Source: Trichodelitschia bisporula
Taxonomy: Eukaryota
Direction: 5' to 3'
Assembly: GCA_010356995.1 (NCBI GenBank)
Contig: ML996688.1
Coordinates: 1,772,579 to 1,836,578, forward strand
Length of the DNA: 64,000 bases
Shown here: positions 38,693 to 51,201 of the stretch, one piece after another
How the letters are laid out: each line of letters starts with the position of its first letter
Position numbering within the stretch: the first letter of the stretch is position 1
The notes under the pieces: generated by a model
Told to the model about the DNA's origin: nothing
Seen by the model: the letters and a program-made list of their open reading frames with translations, nothing else
Databases searched by the model: none
Translations under genes and position numbers: made by a program

Positions 38693-40291
38693 GCGCTTGA
38701 ATTGTGGCTTGCTGTCGCAGCTGCCGTCCTCCTCAGTTCTAGACTACCGGAGAAGCCAAAGGATCAATCAGAACCACTCAGAATGCAAGCCGTTGAAATG
38801 CATCTTCGTTATCTCAGCTGGGGCTCGGACGGTGGCGCACGTCGTGCGGGGGATTACCGCGGAGGCGCACTTCGCAGGACCACCAGCCAAGAATTCCCCA
38901 CCCCCACAGGAGGTGCGCCACCGTCTGAGCCCAGCTGAGATATGGTAAATCCTCGTGCGTTGCCGCGTTTTCCTACCGTAAGGTTCAACCCGCCGCTAGG
39001 TTAGCTCCCGGAAGCTTAATTGAAATACGTTGCCCCACTCTTCCTGCCAAATACTACGTAGCTAGTACCTCAGTACGGGTATGCGTAGAAATGATGCCCA
39101 CTACGGAGTACTACCCAACGCACCTTCCCGTACCCCATCATAGCATAGTGTAAAATTGCTATCGGTAACAGGGTCTCATCGCTCGCGCTACCCTTCTTGA
39201 GGCTGTCTGACCAACTTGCATTGGATTCAGCTCCGGTATTAGAGGTCACCCCTGAAAAACTGCTCACAACCGACTGGCATAGAACTGGCTTGCAGCTTAG
39301 GTTAACTGCTGTGGCTGGCTGAAAGGCAAAGAGACGATATCATCACTTCCATGGTCATGTGCCCCGGACTTCCGTTTCTCAGGTGTGTGATCCGTAGTCT
39401 GAGCGCTAACGGACTTTCAAGTCCATGAACGGAGAAGCTGAAAGACGAGTCGACAGCATGTCTTCAACCAACCAACTTTCCCTAATCGGCCTCTCCAGAC
39501 CGTGGGTTCTTTCACTGCGCAGAATCCGATACAGCATTATGCGCAGGTGCCGAACCCTAACTGCAGAAACGCTTCCTTCAGGTCGTTGCCTGCTTCCTTC
39601 AGCTCGACGCCTTAGCTGAGCTTCATGCACAGCACTAGGGCCATACTCTATGTACGGTGACCCACCTAAAAGTCTCATCTGCTCATCCAGGACATGTGGA
39701 CAATGAGCCCTGACCAGACCGTTCCGATCTGTCCGCAGTACAATCCAGCCACGTAGAAACCGGCAAACCACTTCTACGGTACGCTGTGATGTTCCGATTT
39801 AAGGTACCATGCTAATCGAGGACATCGGGAGGAGAGTCTAGACTCATCGTCAGCCAGCCATCGTGCTCAGCCTGCCTTTCAGCTGCATGCTGCCCGACGC
39901 GGCAACAGCGGCTCGCCCCGGCCTGCACCGGCCTGCCACATTTGAGACGCCGACAGGTACTGATGCAGAGTCTAGATGCTTCGGCGAAGAAGTACCCTAA
40001 AACGGTCATGTCGATGCTCCTTCTGGCAAAATAATCTCGAGCTCAGCTCACGACTGGCTGCGGGGAAGCTCTCGACCCCTGCTGGACGTCTGCGGCCTGA
40101 TTTGGTCCACCTATTCCCGGAGCAAGTCTTCTGGTGGACCATTCCTAGTTGATAACAAAGCAAGACTCCTAGTGCTGGCATCGAGTTTACTTGGGAATTT
40201 GGACTCTGTTCAGTCGTCGTGCGGTGTGACCCGGTCAATAAGGAAGGTCTACAGCTCTACTTTGCCCTCTCTGCCTGATTCGCTGAACAAA

Positions 40292-41711
40292 ATGAACGGT
40301 CCGGGCCAAAGTATTGTTTCGCCTCACCTTCTTGATGCTCTTGCAACAAGCGAAGATCCGGAGACTCGGCGCATGGCCTTGAACACGTTGACCCATAGTT
40401 CTCATGTCCGGACCAGGCGCAGACATCACTTGAAGGCCAAAATTGCTGAGTCCAGCGAGTCATCATCTGAGCAGCGGCCAGTTTTTCAAGGATTCGTGCC
40501 GGACCAGCTGCTTGACCATGTCGCGACTTCGCAACAATCAGATGAGGCTAGTCGGGAGCTTGCAAAACGGACGCTAAACATCAACCAGAAGCTTCAGGGC
40601 GACCTCGCGACGAGCTCGCCCACCGTGAATGACGCCGCGACGTCGAGCAAACTACAACGCCGGATATTCGACATGAAAAATATCGTCCAGATTAACGGCC
40701 GCAGCGATGAGACCTACAAGCTGCTACCCGGCACCCTAGTGAGGTCAGAAGGCGATCCACCCGTTCCGGACGAGCACGCAAACCAGGTATATGACAATAG
40801 CGCCATGGTGCTCGAGTTTTACCAGCAGGTCTTCGGCTACAACTTCCTCGACGATCTTGGCGCCCCCATTATCAGCTCGATCCACTATGAGAACGGCTAC
40901 CAGAACGCACAGTGGGTGGGTGATTTGGCGAGACAGATGATTTACGGCGACGGCGGCAGCAATCTGTACAATTTCACCGCCTGTCTAGACATCATAGGCC
41001 ACGAGATGGCGGTTTGTGACCTCTCCTTGCCCCGACAGCGCAGAGCGCAGAGAGATGACTTATAGCTGACTGCGCTGAAGCATGCCGTCACCGAGTACAT
41101 ATGCCCCCTCGAGTACGAAGGAGAGTCCGGTGCTCTGAACGAGCACGTCTCGGACGCTTTCGGCATGATGGTCACCCTGTGGGCGGACAAGAAGACGACG
41201 GCCGAGTCCGACTGGCTCATCGGGGAGGGCTCTCTGATGCCCGGCGTCAAGGGCATCGCCCTCCGCAATATGAAATTTCCAGGCACGGCATACGACGACC
41301 CAAAGGTATGTGAGCCAGAAGGGAGAATCTCACTCTCATCTCTACCGATCATTGACCACTTCCTCGCAGTTTGGCAAAGACCCGCAACCGGCCTCCTGGG
41401 CCGAGATCGAAGCCTACAAGACCAAGCACGTGCGCTGGAATGTGTACGACCACGGGAGCGTGCACGCGTTCTCCGGCGTGCCTAACCGCGCCTTCGTGCT
41501 AGCGGCGGAGTCGCTCGGCGGCTACTGCTGGGAGACGGCGGGAAAGGTCTGGTGGACGGTGTTGAAGGGGAAACGCGTGTCTTCGACCTGCACCTTTGTC
41601 GAGTTTGCTGACGCCACTGTCGATGTGGCCCGGGAGCTACTGGGCGAGCAGGCGGCGGGGCTTGTTAGGAATGCTTGGGATGAGGTTGGGGTGAAGAAAG
41701 CTGCTGCTTGA
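40292..41711 (+). CDS. M4 (thermolysin-family) zinc metalloprotease, protealysin-like
   Basis: YQNAQW, MIYGDG, GHEMA|HAVTE (HEXXH split by intron 41012-41080), GESGALNEHVSD, WLIGE, PGTAYDDP|FGKDPQP (intron 41306-41369) and DHGSVHAFSGVPNRAF. No signal peptide. Confidence 0.92.
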
Positions 41712-42809
41712 GCATGGTCGCTGTTGCCGATCTGAGTTCTGGATATCCTTCTGAGATGACACATATTAACGTTATGTTCCTATTGTGCCGACAATTGTCG
41801 TTCCCTTCAGGGCTCAGGAGCGGCCGTTCATCCCCCCCTGCTTAATCTAAGCCAAAAAGGGTATGGTAACAACCCCACTACCAAGCTTCCGCAAAAAACT
41901 CTATTTAAACGACGCACAATAGCTCTTCAAGTTGTGCAACCGCAATCAACTGCTTTTCTTGACTTCAAATACTCCTTTCTAACGTTTAACATGATGCTCC
42001 TACTTCTTCTTCAAGTTTATATGCATCTTGTTCGCCGCTGGTTACCTTTAAGGTGTAGAAGTCATGCTCTTTGAGCGCATGTCACGGAACTCCCAGGCTC
42101 ACCTGTGGTGCAGGCCCCAAGGGCTCGCAGGAGCGCCCCGAGGGCTCGCAGAGCGTCCAGGGCTCAGGGCCAACTGTCAGGACCACGCCATGATGGAGGA
42201 TATTTGCACAGTATTACTCTTGTCTTCCTCCATCCCCAAGCAAACAACTTCAGACATTCTCAAAACCTTTGCCGGTACTGAGCCCTTGTGACACGTATCC
42301 CTTCTCTTGCTCGCGTCTTTGGAAGGGTCCAAACTGTGGCGTAGGCTGTGGCGCAAGCGGGGGTTCGTCGCTGGGGGTCATGGGTCCACGTGATATCGTG
42401 AGATCTCAAAAGCCTCATGCTTGCAGCTTGCCACGCTTAATCAGACTGCAATCAACCGAAATTGCCGAGTGGCACCACAACAATGTCTTACACATATGAA
42501 ACACAATCCTTAGATGCAGCCCGACGGGCTCTATCGCGTCCAAGTCTTTTTATATCGCTAGCGTACTTGCGCATCGAGATGCTCGCGCTTGAAGGCGTGC
42601 TACGATATATGTCGCATTTTCTTAATGTACGAGTATTCCAGCCTTATCAAATTTAGACACGCGATAGATCCAGTCTATGCGAAAGTTTTGGCAAAATTTC
42701 AGTTCTATATCTGGTCGTCGCATAGAGATACAGGCGTTTGAGGCTTTGAGGGTATTGACATCGTGATAGGCCTCGTGTTGAGCTTCATTTTGCCAAGACT
42801 ACTTGCAAC

Positions 42810-43048
42810 CAATGGGTGCGGGTGACAGACGGACTGGAGCCGGCGGAGCAGCACGGCGGCCACACAGACAGTCCATCCTCGAGCCCTTCCGGCAGCTCCG
42901 CGGGGTGCAGCGCGCACGGGTCGAAGGCAACGTCACGGCCGAGTACGCACGCAGTATCGAAGACGCCATGACGAATACTAAAGGAAAGGGAAACGCCCTG
43001 TCGCCCTACTTGGAAAAGCCCGACCAACCGCCCCTAACGCCGCACTGA
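42810..43048 (+). pseudogene. Isolated duplicate of the 3' end of gene 35976..36809
   Basis: QSILEPFRQLRGVQRARVEGNVTAEYARSIEDAMT...GNALSPYLEKP is nearly identical to 36640-36790 at DNA and protein level. Confidence 0.85.
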
Positions 43049-43090
43049 TGCCTGACTCTCATCTTGGGTATTATCCTACATGCTCCCCGA

Positions 43091-44100
43091 TCACGCAAAC
43101 AGCTCCCGGTTATCCAGCGGATCCCGCTCGGCCTTTGTTCCTCCATGCGTCGTGAGACCAAAAGCGCCACGCTTGACCCGGCTCTGTGTCTCCGCCTCAG
43201 CACGGCGATTGAACCGCCCAGCCTTGCTCTTGATCAAATCGGCGCGAATTGCATTCGGCGAGACAAATTCCTTATTCTCGAAGATGACGGGCCCGCCGAA
43301 GCTGCCCTCGAGGATGACAATAGGCGTCAGCACAAAGCGCGGGCCAATCTCTACCAGACCGATGCTCGTCTCGCCGCGCTTGGGCGCCTCGGCTTCCGGA
43401 ACATCGCCCTCGGGCAGCGCCTGCGCCTTGTTGTCCGCCGTTTCGTTGATCTGGTAGCACCGGACCCACACCTTGCCGTCTGCGACCGTGAAACCCATGA
43501 CGTGGTCGACGAAGGGCTTTGACTTGCGCGCCCCTTTGGGCACGCCGAATGTCTGTGCTAGCAGCTCCTTGATCACCTGCAGGTGAGGCGCGGACTCGAA
43601 GGTGGCGTCGAAGGAGAGAATGGGTCGCGAGCCCTTGAGGCAGTTACCGGTGAAGTGCAGTTCGTCCGTAGTGTGCACTGCATCATTAGCTCAGCTCCTT
43701 GCGCTTCCAATTAACCCACTATTCTGCACGTGGAATTTGACCGTCGGGCCATTGGGCGGCTTGCTCATCCACGCGTACAAGTCCTTGCCCTTGCGCGCCT
43801 CAAAGAACAGTACATTATTACAGTTGTACAGTTCCGCGAGCTCATTGAGCTGGTACAGCTTGGTTTTGGTGTCGAGCTTGGCCTCCTTGCGGCTGTGCGG
43901 GAGCAGAAAGTGGATGTCGTTGAGCAGATGGCGCTGGCTGAGCGGGTTAGCAAGGCTCGGTTCCGCGGCGCAATGGTGACAAACCGGAAGGTGACGCCTC
44001 TTGAACTGAGAATCAGGACGCGCTGTCGTGTTGCTTTGTCGCCCTCGGATTTGGGGACTTTGGAGTCGGGTTGCGAAAGGGCTTTGTAGACGGCGGCCAT
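43091..44100 (-). CDS. BRX1: Ribosome biogenesis protein Brx1 (Brix domain)
   Basis: MAAVYKAL..RVLILSSRGVTFR|QRHLLNDI..PHSRKEAKLD, LAELYNCNNVLFFEARK, FTGNCLKGSRPILSFD, EIGPRF and FGGP. Two introns (~43938-43985, ~43679-43721). Confidence 0.95.
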
Positions 44101-44570
44101 ATTTAACGGTGGATTTGCTGATACAGAGATGTCCGATAGAAACTTTTGGCGGAGAAAACTTGTCGGGGCTGAGAGATGATCCATGCCGGCTTGGCCCGTG
44201 GTGGTGGCTGGTGGGGCTGCTTGGCATCATGAAAAATCTTGACTCGGACCTCATAATGCTGTGTTCGATGTCTCCGTTTGTAGGACGCTTCTTTAGTGAG
44301 TATTCGCTCATCGTGTTCCGAAGTCATAACTTGTTGAAATTTTAGCATTTCATCCATCCGATGCATGTTTCGTTAAACGTGCCGATGCCAGTGATCTTTT
44401 ACAGGGCTTGAAGCATGCATGTCAGGCGTTAGAGATTCTCGACATTATCACAATCACCGCCAGGCCCTGGAACCGATCACAAAGCCGACAGCGCGCCCTC
44501 AACTTCACACTGGACACTAGATTACCACCTCACACCCCGACATGTCGCGCACCGCCTCAACTGAACCTCA

Positions 44571-44972
44571 CTACGGCCTCTCCCCTCTTTCCTTCGCCCT
44601 ATCCATTTCATACAGGGCTCCACTCACCATATTCCCCACCCACACCGCTCGCTGTTGCTCTGTCAAAGTGATCTTCCCCGTCACCACGTCGTGCGTAGTG
44701 AAAACCTTGTCCCCTTGCGACTCGGCTATGGCTTTCAGGTGAGCTTCCCAGGCGGCTGTGGGTTCTCCTCCGCCCTTCTTGCCGGCGGGGCTGGTAGAGG
44801 TTCTGCCTTGCGCTTTACGGTCACTGTTGGCGGAGCTGGGCGCGGCTTTCCCTTGCGTTTTCCCTTGCGCTTTCCGGTCGGTACTGGAGGGTTTGGGAGC
44901 GGATTTGTCACCGATGCGGGCGATACCGCTGACTTCAGGCCCTAGGGAGGGGGTGACGTTGTTCAAGGGCAT
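44571..44972 (-). CDS. Diverged member of the small 'ESxGGKxY' family
   Basis: MPLNNVT... followed by LKAIAESQGDKVFTTHDVVTGKITL. Flanks are homologous to those of 45741..45974. Confidence 0.6.
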   Translation of the reverse strand: MPLNNVTPSLGPEVSGIARIGDKSAPKPSSTDRKAQGKTQGKAAPSSANSDRKAQGRTSTSPAGKKGGGEPTAAWEAHLKAIAESQGDKVFTTHDVVTGKITLTEQQRAVWVGNMVSGALYEMDRAKERGERP

Positions 44973-45740
44973 GATGGGAGTCTGACTGAAGCTCTAGAAG
45001 TGAAGTTGTGAGTGCGATGAACTGGATGGAGATGATGCCCTGACAGAGGGGAAGGTGAGCCAACTTTGTACGCGCGATATTGGAGCACTTGGTTACTTAC
45101 CACGAGTTGCGCCAGCAGTGTATGAAAGAGTTGGTTGTATGAGCGTTGGTGGATCTCGCAGCTCTCTGACTGTTTATCCAGGGCGTATGCCAAGCCTTGA
45201 AGTTGTTGAGGAAGGCGCCGCCCGCAGCGATGCGGTACTTGTGAGATAAGTTTCCCGAACGTTGCTTGTTTGACCTGGTTGTCCAATGGGACCTGTGGCG
45301 AATCTCATCAGTGGAGCCATCTTGAGACATCTTTCCACTCGAGATGGACTTCTGCAATTAAACCTGGAGTCATGAGGGCAGATACGAATTCTTGCGTCTT
45401 ACGGGTGCGCGTCGCTGCTGGTACAGTCATGGCTCGCGTTTGCAACGGCTAGGAAGCATGCATTCCGGCGCCAGAGGTTCTCAACATCGTCAGAATCGGC
45501 CGCCAGGCCACGAGGACCGGTCGCAAACCCGACAGTGCACTTAACTTCACACTGGACACAAGATCACCAAGCCGATCGCTTCGCTTGACTTCGCACCGGA
45601 CGCAAGATCATCAAATCACCAAGTCACATCACAGCAGCGAGCGGAAAAATCTTCAATTGAAGCCCGCTACCTATCCTCCCCACAATCCCATATCACCCTT
45701 CCCGCAGAACTTCAACCGCGCATACCCGCCATCCACACCT

Positions 45741-45974
45741 CTACTTCCGCCCCAGGTACTCATTGCCCTTCGCCACATCACCCGCATTGTAAACCTTGCC
45801 ACCCTGGGACTCGACCAAGTTCTGGAAGCCAGTGAACCCGGCGGCTTTGGCCTGCGACTCGCGGCCCATGCCGGCGGGGTTGGCGGTGCCGGAGGAGGAA
45901 GCCTTGCCGCCGGAGGAGGAGGCGCTGTTGCCGGATGAGGCCTTGCCGGAGGAGGTATTGTTGTTCCAAGGCAT
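45741..45974 (-). CDS. Small Ser/Gly-rich family member (77 aa)
   Basis: MPWNNNTSSG... followed by GFTGFQNLVESQGGKVYNAGDVAKGNEYL. TATA-like TATAAAA on the minus strand at ~46117-46123. Confidence 0.75.
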   Translation of the reverse strand: MPWNNNTSSGKASSGNSASSSGGKASSSGTANPAGMGRESQAKAAGFTGFQNLVESQGGKVYNAGDVAKGNEYLGRK

Positions 45975-46530
45975 GGTAAGAGATTTGACTTGGAGTTGTG
46001 GAAGTGAAGGTATGTGAGTTTCAGGGAATCGTGTAGAGTGGATGATGGTATGTCAGTGTGTGGGAATCGTGAGAGTGGATGAACTTGATGCCTTGAGGGA
46101 GTGGAAGATGAACCGATTTTATACGCGCGATTGGAGCTCTGAGTTCCTAGAATTGAGCCTAGTCATGGGGGCAAATCCTGATGCTTGCTTTGCGGTTACG
46201 CATCGCTGATGGTGTAGTCATGGATAACGTTTGCGAGGGCTAGGAAGTGTGCATGCCCGGTGCCAGAGATGCTCGGCATCGTATATCAAAATCGGAAGCA
46301 AGTGAGCGCTCGATGCTTGTTCTCGGAATAGGTCGTTGCATTTACTGACTCTCCGCAGGAGATATCTGTCATTGTCCACCAACGCAGCATTCAAGCATGA
46401 CGGTTCGCAACCAAACTCGTCGATTCAAACGCCAGGATAGCTCAACGTAGACGATAGACTCGCAACAACAACCCCGTCTTTCACCACCGCGACCAACGCC
46501 CTTCCAGCAAGCCAACTGCATATTGACTCC

Positions 46531-47462
46531 CTACTCAGTAACGAGCAGCACCCACCTCCCCCCCCACTTTTTCTCCATCTTGGCCTGAATCATCTGCCCC
46601 TTCACTAACTTTGCCCGCACCTTTTGACGCACCTCCTCAATCCAAAACTCCTGCCACTCCCCCGTCAACCCCCCTCTGCGCCACCTCGCCACCTCCTCCC
46701 ATTGCTCCCGTCTTGTCTCTCTGGACTCCTTCGGCATATCCCCCAGCCCCCCAAACTTCTCGCTTTTCTCCTTCCTCAACTCCTCTCTTAACTTCTCCTT
46801 TAGCTTCTTCACCCTTTCTTTTGTCATCTCCCGCCGCACCGTTTCCCTCAACTCCTCTCTATACTTCCCCTTCAGCTTTTCCATCTCATCTTTCCATATT
46901 CTTGACATGTCCCGCCATACCGCCTTTCTCTTCCTCTCCAACTTGTCAAGAACGAGCTTGGCCTCATCAATATCGTCATCGTCCAACGTGTCAGGGTCGA
47001 GCCCGTGGGACTCCATCAGCTCATCGAAGCTGGCATATCCCACGGTCTGAGCGCGCTGGATATACTCCTCGGCCCGCTCACCAACCATGAGGTTGGACCG
47101 CTCACCGACCTTGAGTTTGGACCGCTTGCTGATGAGCTCGGGGAAGAGGGTCTCATTGGAGAGGCGTTCTTGGCCCTCGGTCTCCGTGTCTCTGGGTTGC
47201 TGGTCGTCACGCTCCGCGGGACGAGGGATGGAAGAATCTCAATATTCCCGAGAGAGTAAGTTTCGGGGTGTCATTGGAATGATAGGACCGTCTTTGTATC
47301 CATATTGGAGACATTACCTGAGGTGGTGCGCCTTTGGTTCTTGGGGGACGATGACGGAAGGTCACCATCTGAGATGGTAAGGGACGATAACGGAAGGTCG
47401 TCAGCTGAGATGGTAGGGGATGCCTTTTTTTTTCGGGATGCCTTTCTTTTCCGGGGTGTCAT
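46531..47462 (-). CDS. Diverged family member with a charged, coiled-coil-like C-terminal extension
   Basis: GYASFDELMESHGLDPDTLDDDDIDEAKLVL, then K/E/R-rich helices. The frame is open upstream of ATG 47088 to ~47240. A possible first exon MTPRKRKASRKKK (47462) has a GTAATG donor at ~47319; the 5' structure is uncertain. Confidence 0.55.
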
Positions 47463-47916
47463 TGGGTAGGGTGAAAAAATGACCGAAAAACTTGGATGTG
47501 AGAATGGATGACAGGTTGGAATGTCGGGTGAGAGTCAGGATGGTTGGCCTGCCCGGTATGAGTATCAGCACCGGGCATCGCTTCTGACGTGGAGAAGGAG
47601 CATACTGTCTGATGGTGATGGCCTGGCTTCTCTTCGTTGGCTAGTTGAACTTACTCTCCACAGTTCACAGATTCCCTCCAAGGTGGCTTGTTGGTGGTTG
47701 AGGTGGCAGCTTCACGGATGGTTACGACAGTTGCGGTACCCCTCCTCCTGCCTTCCTGGGGAAACTTGGTGCATACCTTGCCCGCAGAAAACTCCTTGCC
47801 ATTGGAAGAATGGCATGTGCATCTTATCGCCCTTATTTCATAAGATGACGTACGATGAAGAGCAGGCACAATGGCGGTCTCCGTAGGCAGCCTGAGCTCT
47901 GTCGGAAGGAACAACC

Positions 47917-48528
47917 GTGTCAAACCAGAGTATGGCTTCAGACCCCGCCGCGGACTTAGAATCCATCCGCACACTTTCACAACACTCTTCGAACTTGACT
48001 GCACTTCTTCTCCAGAGACACTCTTCTTCCGGCAAACTCTCTCCACACCTCTTACCAACCGCATCAACCTCGATCCAAACCTCACATCGCACATCCACTT
48101 TCACAAGGCCGTCCAACAAGAAGAAACTCTCCTCTTCCAGTGGCAAATCTACCTCCGGCAATACCTCCGCTTCCAGTGGCCGCGTTCTTGCTACCAGCTA
48201 CGCTGAGATCGTCGACCCCTCCTCTCCTAGTATCCACGTTGTCACCACCCGCAACGTTGAGGTCCACGTCCACTCTTCTTCCAGTATCCCCGTTGTTACT
48301 ACCGGCAACGTTGAGGTCCACGACCCATCTCCCTCCAGTATTCCTGTTGTTACCACCGGCTACGTCAAGGTTCACGGCCCCTCCGCTTCCAGTATTCCCT
48401 TTCTTATCTCCGGCCACGTCGAGGTTCACGACCCCTCCTCTTCCAATGGCCCCCTTTCCCCCCCCGGCTACCTCGACGCCGTCAATCTCTCTTCCTCCAA
48501 CTCCAACTCCTCCTCCGCCCCCAAGTAG
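47917..48528 (+). pseudogene. Degenerate array unit: family-like N-terminus plus five ~48-bp repeats, lacking the core motif
   Basis: RPSNKKKLSSSSGKSTSGNTSASSG resembles paralog N-termini, with AGG where ATG is expected. Repeats VEVHDPSxSSIPVVTTGN. Upstream and downstream flanks match the units at 49.1 and 50 kb. Confidence 0.5.
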
Positions 48529-49140
48529 GGCGGCTGGAACTGTCAAGCCGAAGACGCCGGGTTAATCGGCTTCAAACCCCTCGCCGAGTTCTACAGGCCA
48601 AGATGTGCAAGGAAAACACCGACACTCGGTGTGTGGTTGCTGGTGTGTGATGAGTACTGATGAGGATGATGTGTTATTGCGAGTATGAAATCTGAGGACT
48701 TGTGGTGTTGTTGAATTGAGAGACTGCTTCATGTATCTTGAGATAGTCATGAAGAGCCCCCACTGGGCTTGCTTGGTACCTTTCCTCCCAAACCCTCCTT
48801 CCCGTTGTAAGAATGCCATACACGTCTTTTCGTTATCACTTGGGTGGGGACGTACAACTCAGGGCAGTCACCACGAGGGTCTCCTCAGTCAGTCCTGGTT
48901 CTGGTGGAAAGAACAACCGCTTGGAGAGAAGGAACGCCCGTGACAGGGCAGAATATATGGCTCAGGCAGACCCACCGTAGACCCAGAATTCATCCGCACA
49001 CATTCACAGCACGCTTTAAACTCGGCTGCACTTTAACCTCAAGAAAAACTGTTATTTAGGCGAACAATGACCACTCCTCTTGCAACCTCAATCGATTTCC
49101 ATCAAACTCGCCAACCTCTCATCTCGCATGTACCTTGAAA

Positions 49141-49374
49141 ATGCCGTCCAGCAAGAACACGTCCTCTGCCTCCAACAACACCTCCTCCTCCGGCACCTCC
49201 AACTCTGCCGGGACGGGCCAAGGATCCCAATCCAAAGCTGCCAGCTGCACCAGCTTCAAGAACTTCGTTGAGTCCCAGGGCGGGAAGATGTACAACCCCG
49301 AGGATATCCAGCAGGGCAAAGAGACTCTTCGGGCGTTCCAGGAAGCCGACCGTCGGTACAACCGGGGGAAGTGA
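49141..49374 (+). CDS. Small Ser-rich family member (77 aa)
   Basis: MPSSKNTSSAS... followed by TSFKNFVESQGGKMYNPEDIQQGKETLRAFQEAD. Confidence 0.78.
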   Translation: MPSSKNTSSASNNTSSSGTSNSAGTGQGSQSKAASCTSFKNFVESQGGKMYNPEDIQQGKETLRAFQEADRRYNRGK

Positions 49375-50048
49375 ATTGTAATCTTGGCCAGATACCGAGC
49401 TCGGCGGTGGTTACTGGGGCCGGCGATGGGTCACTGGTGCGCGGTAGGCGTGGATGATGAGACATGTTATTGCAAGTATGAAGTTTGAGGACATGTGGTG
49501 TGCTTGAATTGAGAGACTGCTTTGTGTTTTTCTGAGTGCTGCATATGTCATTCTCTGCCCAATGAGCGATAGGCTCGTGTGAAAGGGTGCCAGTTTACGT
49601 ATGTTCGAGACCGTCATGGTGAACCCTTTATGACTGCTTGGTACCTCCTCCCTGAACGCTCTCGTTGAACGATTGATGTGTGCGTGGCATCGCGATCGTT
49701 CCCTAAGGCGGCATGCAACGGAGACAGGCGCCATGGCGCCCTCAGCAGGAAGCCCAGGCTCTGCTGGAAGAAGCCTGCCAGATGGAGAGAGGGAGTAATC
49801 ATCTGGAGAGAGAGAACAGCCGTTTGGAGAGAAGGGATGACCGTTTGGAAAGGAGGAACAACTACGTAGAACTGGAGTTTATAACCCGAGTCGACTCCGA
49901 TACTGAGGTGGAACATCAACACGCTTTCACAACACTCTTCAAGAACGCCATAGCCTCAAACTTCTCCAGAAATACTCTTCTTCCGGCAACATCATCTCCT
50001 CTTGCAACCCCAATGAGTCTCCATCCGAACCACACGTACACTTGGAAC

Positions 50049-50757
50049 ATGTCATCAAGCAACAAAAACGCCTCCTATTCCAGTGACAACCCTATGTCCA
50101 GCAGGACTATCAGATTTGCACCCGGGTTTTATGGCAAAGTCGTGCGCAGTGACTCCCGCAAACCTGGTCCCAGTAACCGCACTGTTGTCGACGGCTGGGC
50201 GGTTGACTCTCGCACACTTGCTTTTCCCCTAACCTGATTGCTACCTTCTCCCGGGTGGTTGACTTTGACGAAACCTCTGCTTCCTCCGGCAATGTTGAGT
50301 CTGGAAACACCACCGCTTCCAGTGGCAGCGCTACATCCGGTTCCGGGTACGTTTGCCCTGTCTGCATCTACCTTTAGTTTTGACAACGGGGTCAGTGGGC
50401 AGAAGTGAAATAGGGTTTGGAGAGAACCTAGTCGACTGCCATGGCGGGAATATCTGGAACCCCGCGAACTACGAGGACGGCAAGGAGATTCTGCGGTTGT
50501 ACCAGGAGATTGATGATCGGAATGGTGAAGGCAGTGGGCAGGAGAGGGACGAGGACGAGTCGGATTCGGAATCGGAGCGGGGAGCGACCACTCCGAGGGT
50601 GCTTATCATGAGGATGGGGGTGACGACTACGATGACGGGGGTGATCACAATGATGATGATGGTGATTACTATGAGGACGATGGAGGGTACGGCTGGGATT
50701 GAGACGTGGTATGGGCCAGACACTAGGCTCGGCGACGGGTCGCTGGCGTGGGGGTGA
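50049..50757 (+). pseudogene. Frameshifted paralog of the acidic-tail gene 10995..11765
   Basis: MSSSNKNAS start. Motif NLVDCHGGNIWNPANYEDGKEILRLYQEIDDRNG lies in another frame. The acidic tail (HEDGGDDYDDGGDHNDDDGDYYEDDGGYGWD*) is shifted again at ~50580. Confidence 0.65.
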
Positions 50758-51201
50758 GCGTTGATGGTGATACGGATATGCTGTTCCAAGCATGAATTTG
50801 TGGAGTCTGTGGTGTGCATGAATTGAGAGACTATTTCATGTCTTCCTGAGTGCTGCATGTGCCATTCTCCGGCTCAATGACAGTGATAGTCCGGTGCGAA
50901 AGGGTGGCAGGCATTGATTCGGCGTAATAGAGAAGCCCTTACTCCCTGGTTCGGTTGGAAGGAACCTGCCAGTTCGTGAGATGGAAAATTATGTGAAGAG
51001 AAGAAACGACCCATGTCAGGTAAGAGTATATAGCTCTAGCAGATCCGGCTGCCGACTTAGAATCCATCGACACACGTTCAGAATAGTCTTCGATAACGCC
51101 AGACATTGCCGCTCTGAACTGGAAACTATATTCACCCCTAACCTCGAGCGCTACACACTGGTTCTAGCTACTCTACTACCCCTCATCTACCTGGCCCTTC
51201 A

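Noticed and set aside
36850..42810. Starship or DNA transposon identity for the island
   Set aside because: No tyrosine recombinase or transposase ORF, terminal inverted repeats or clear TSD.
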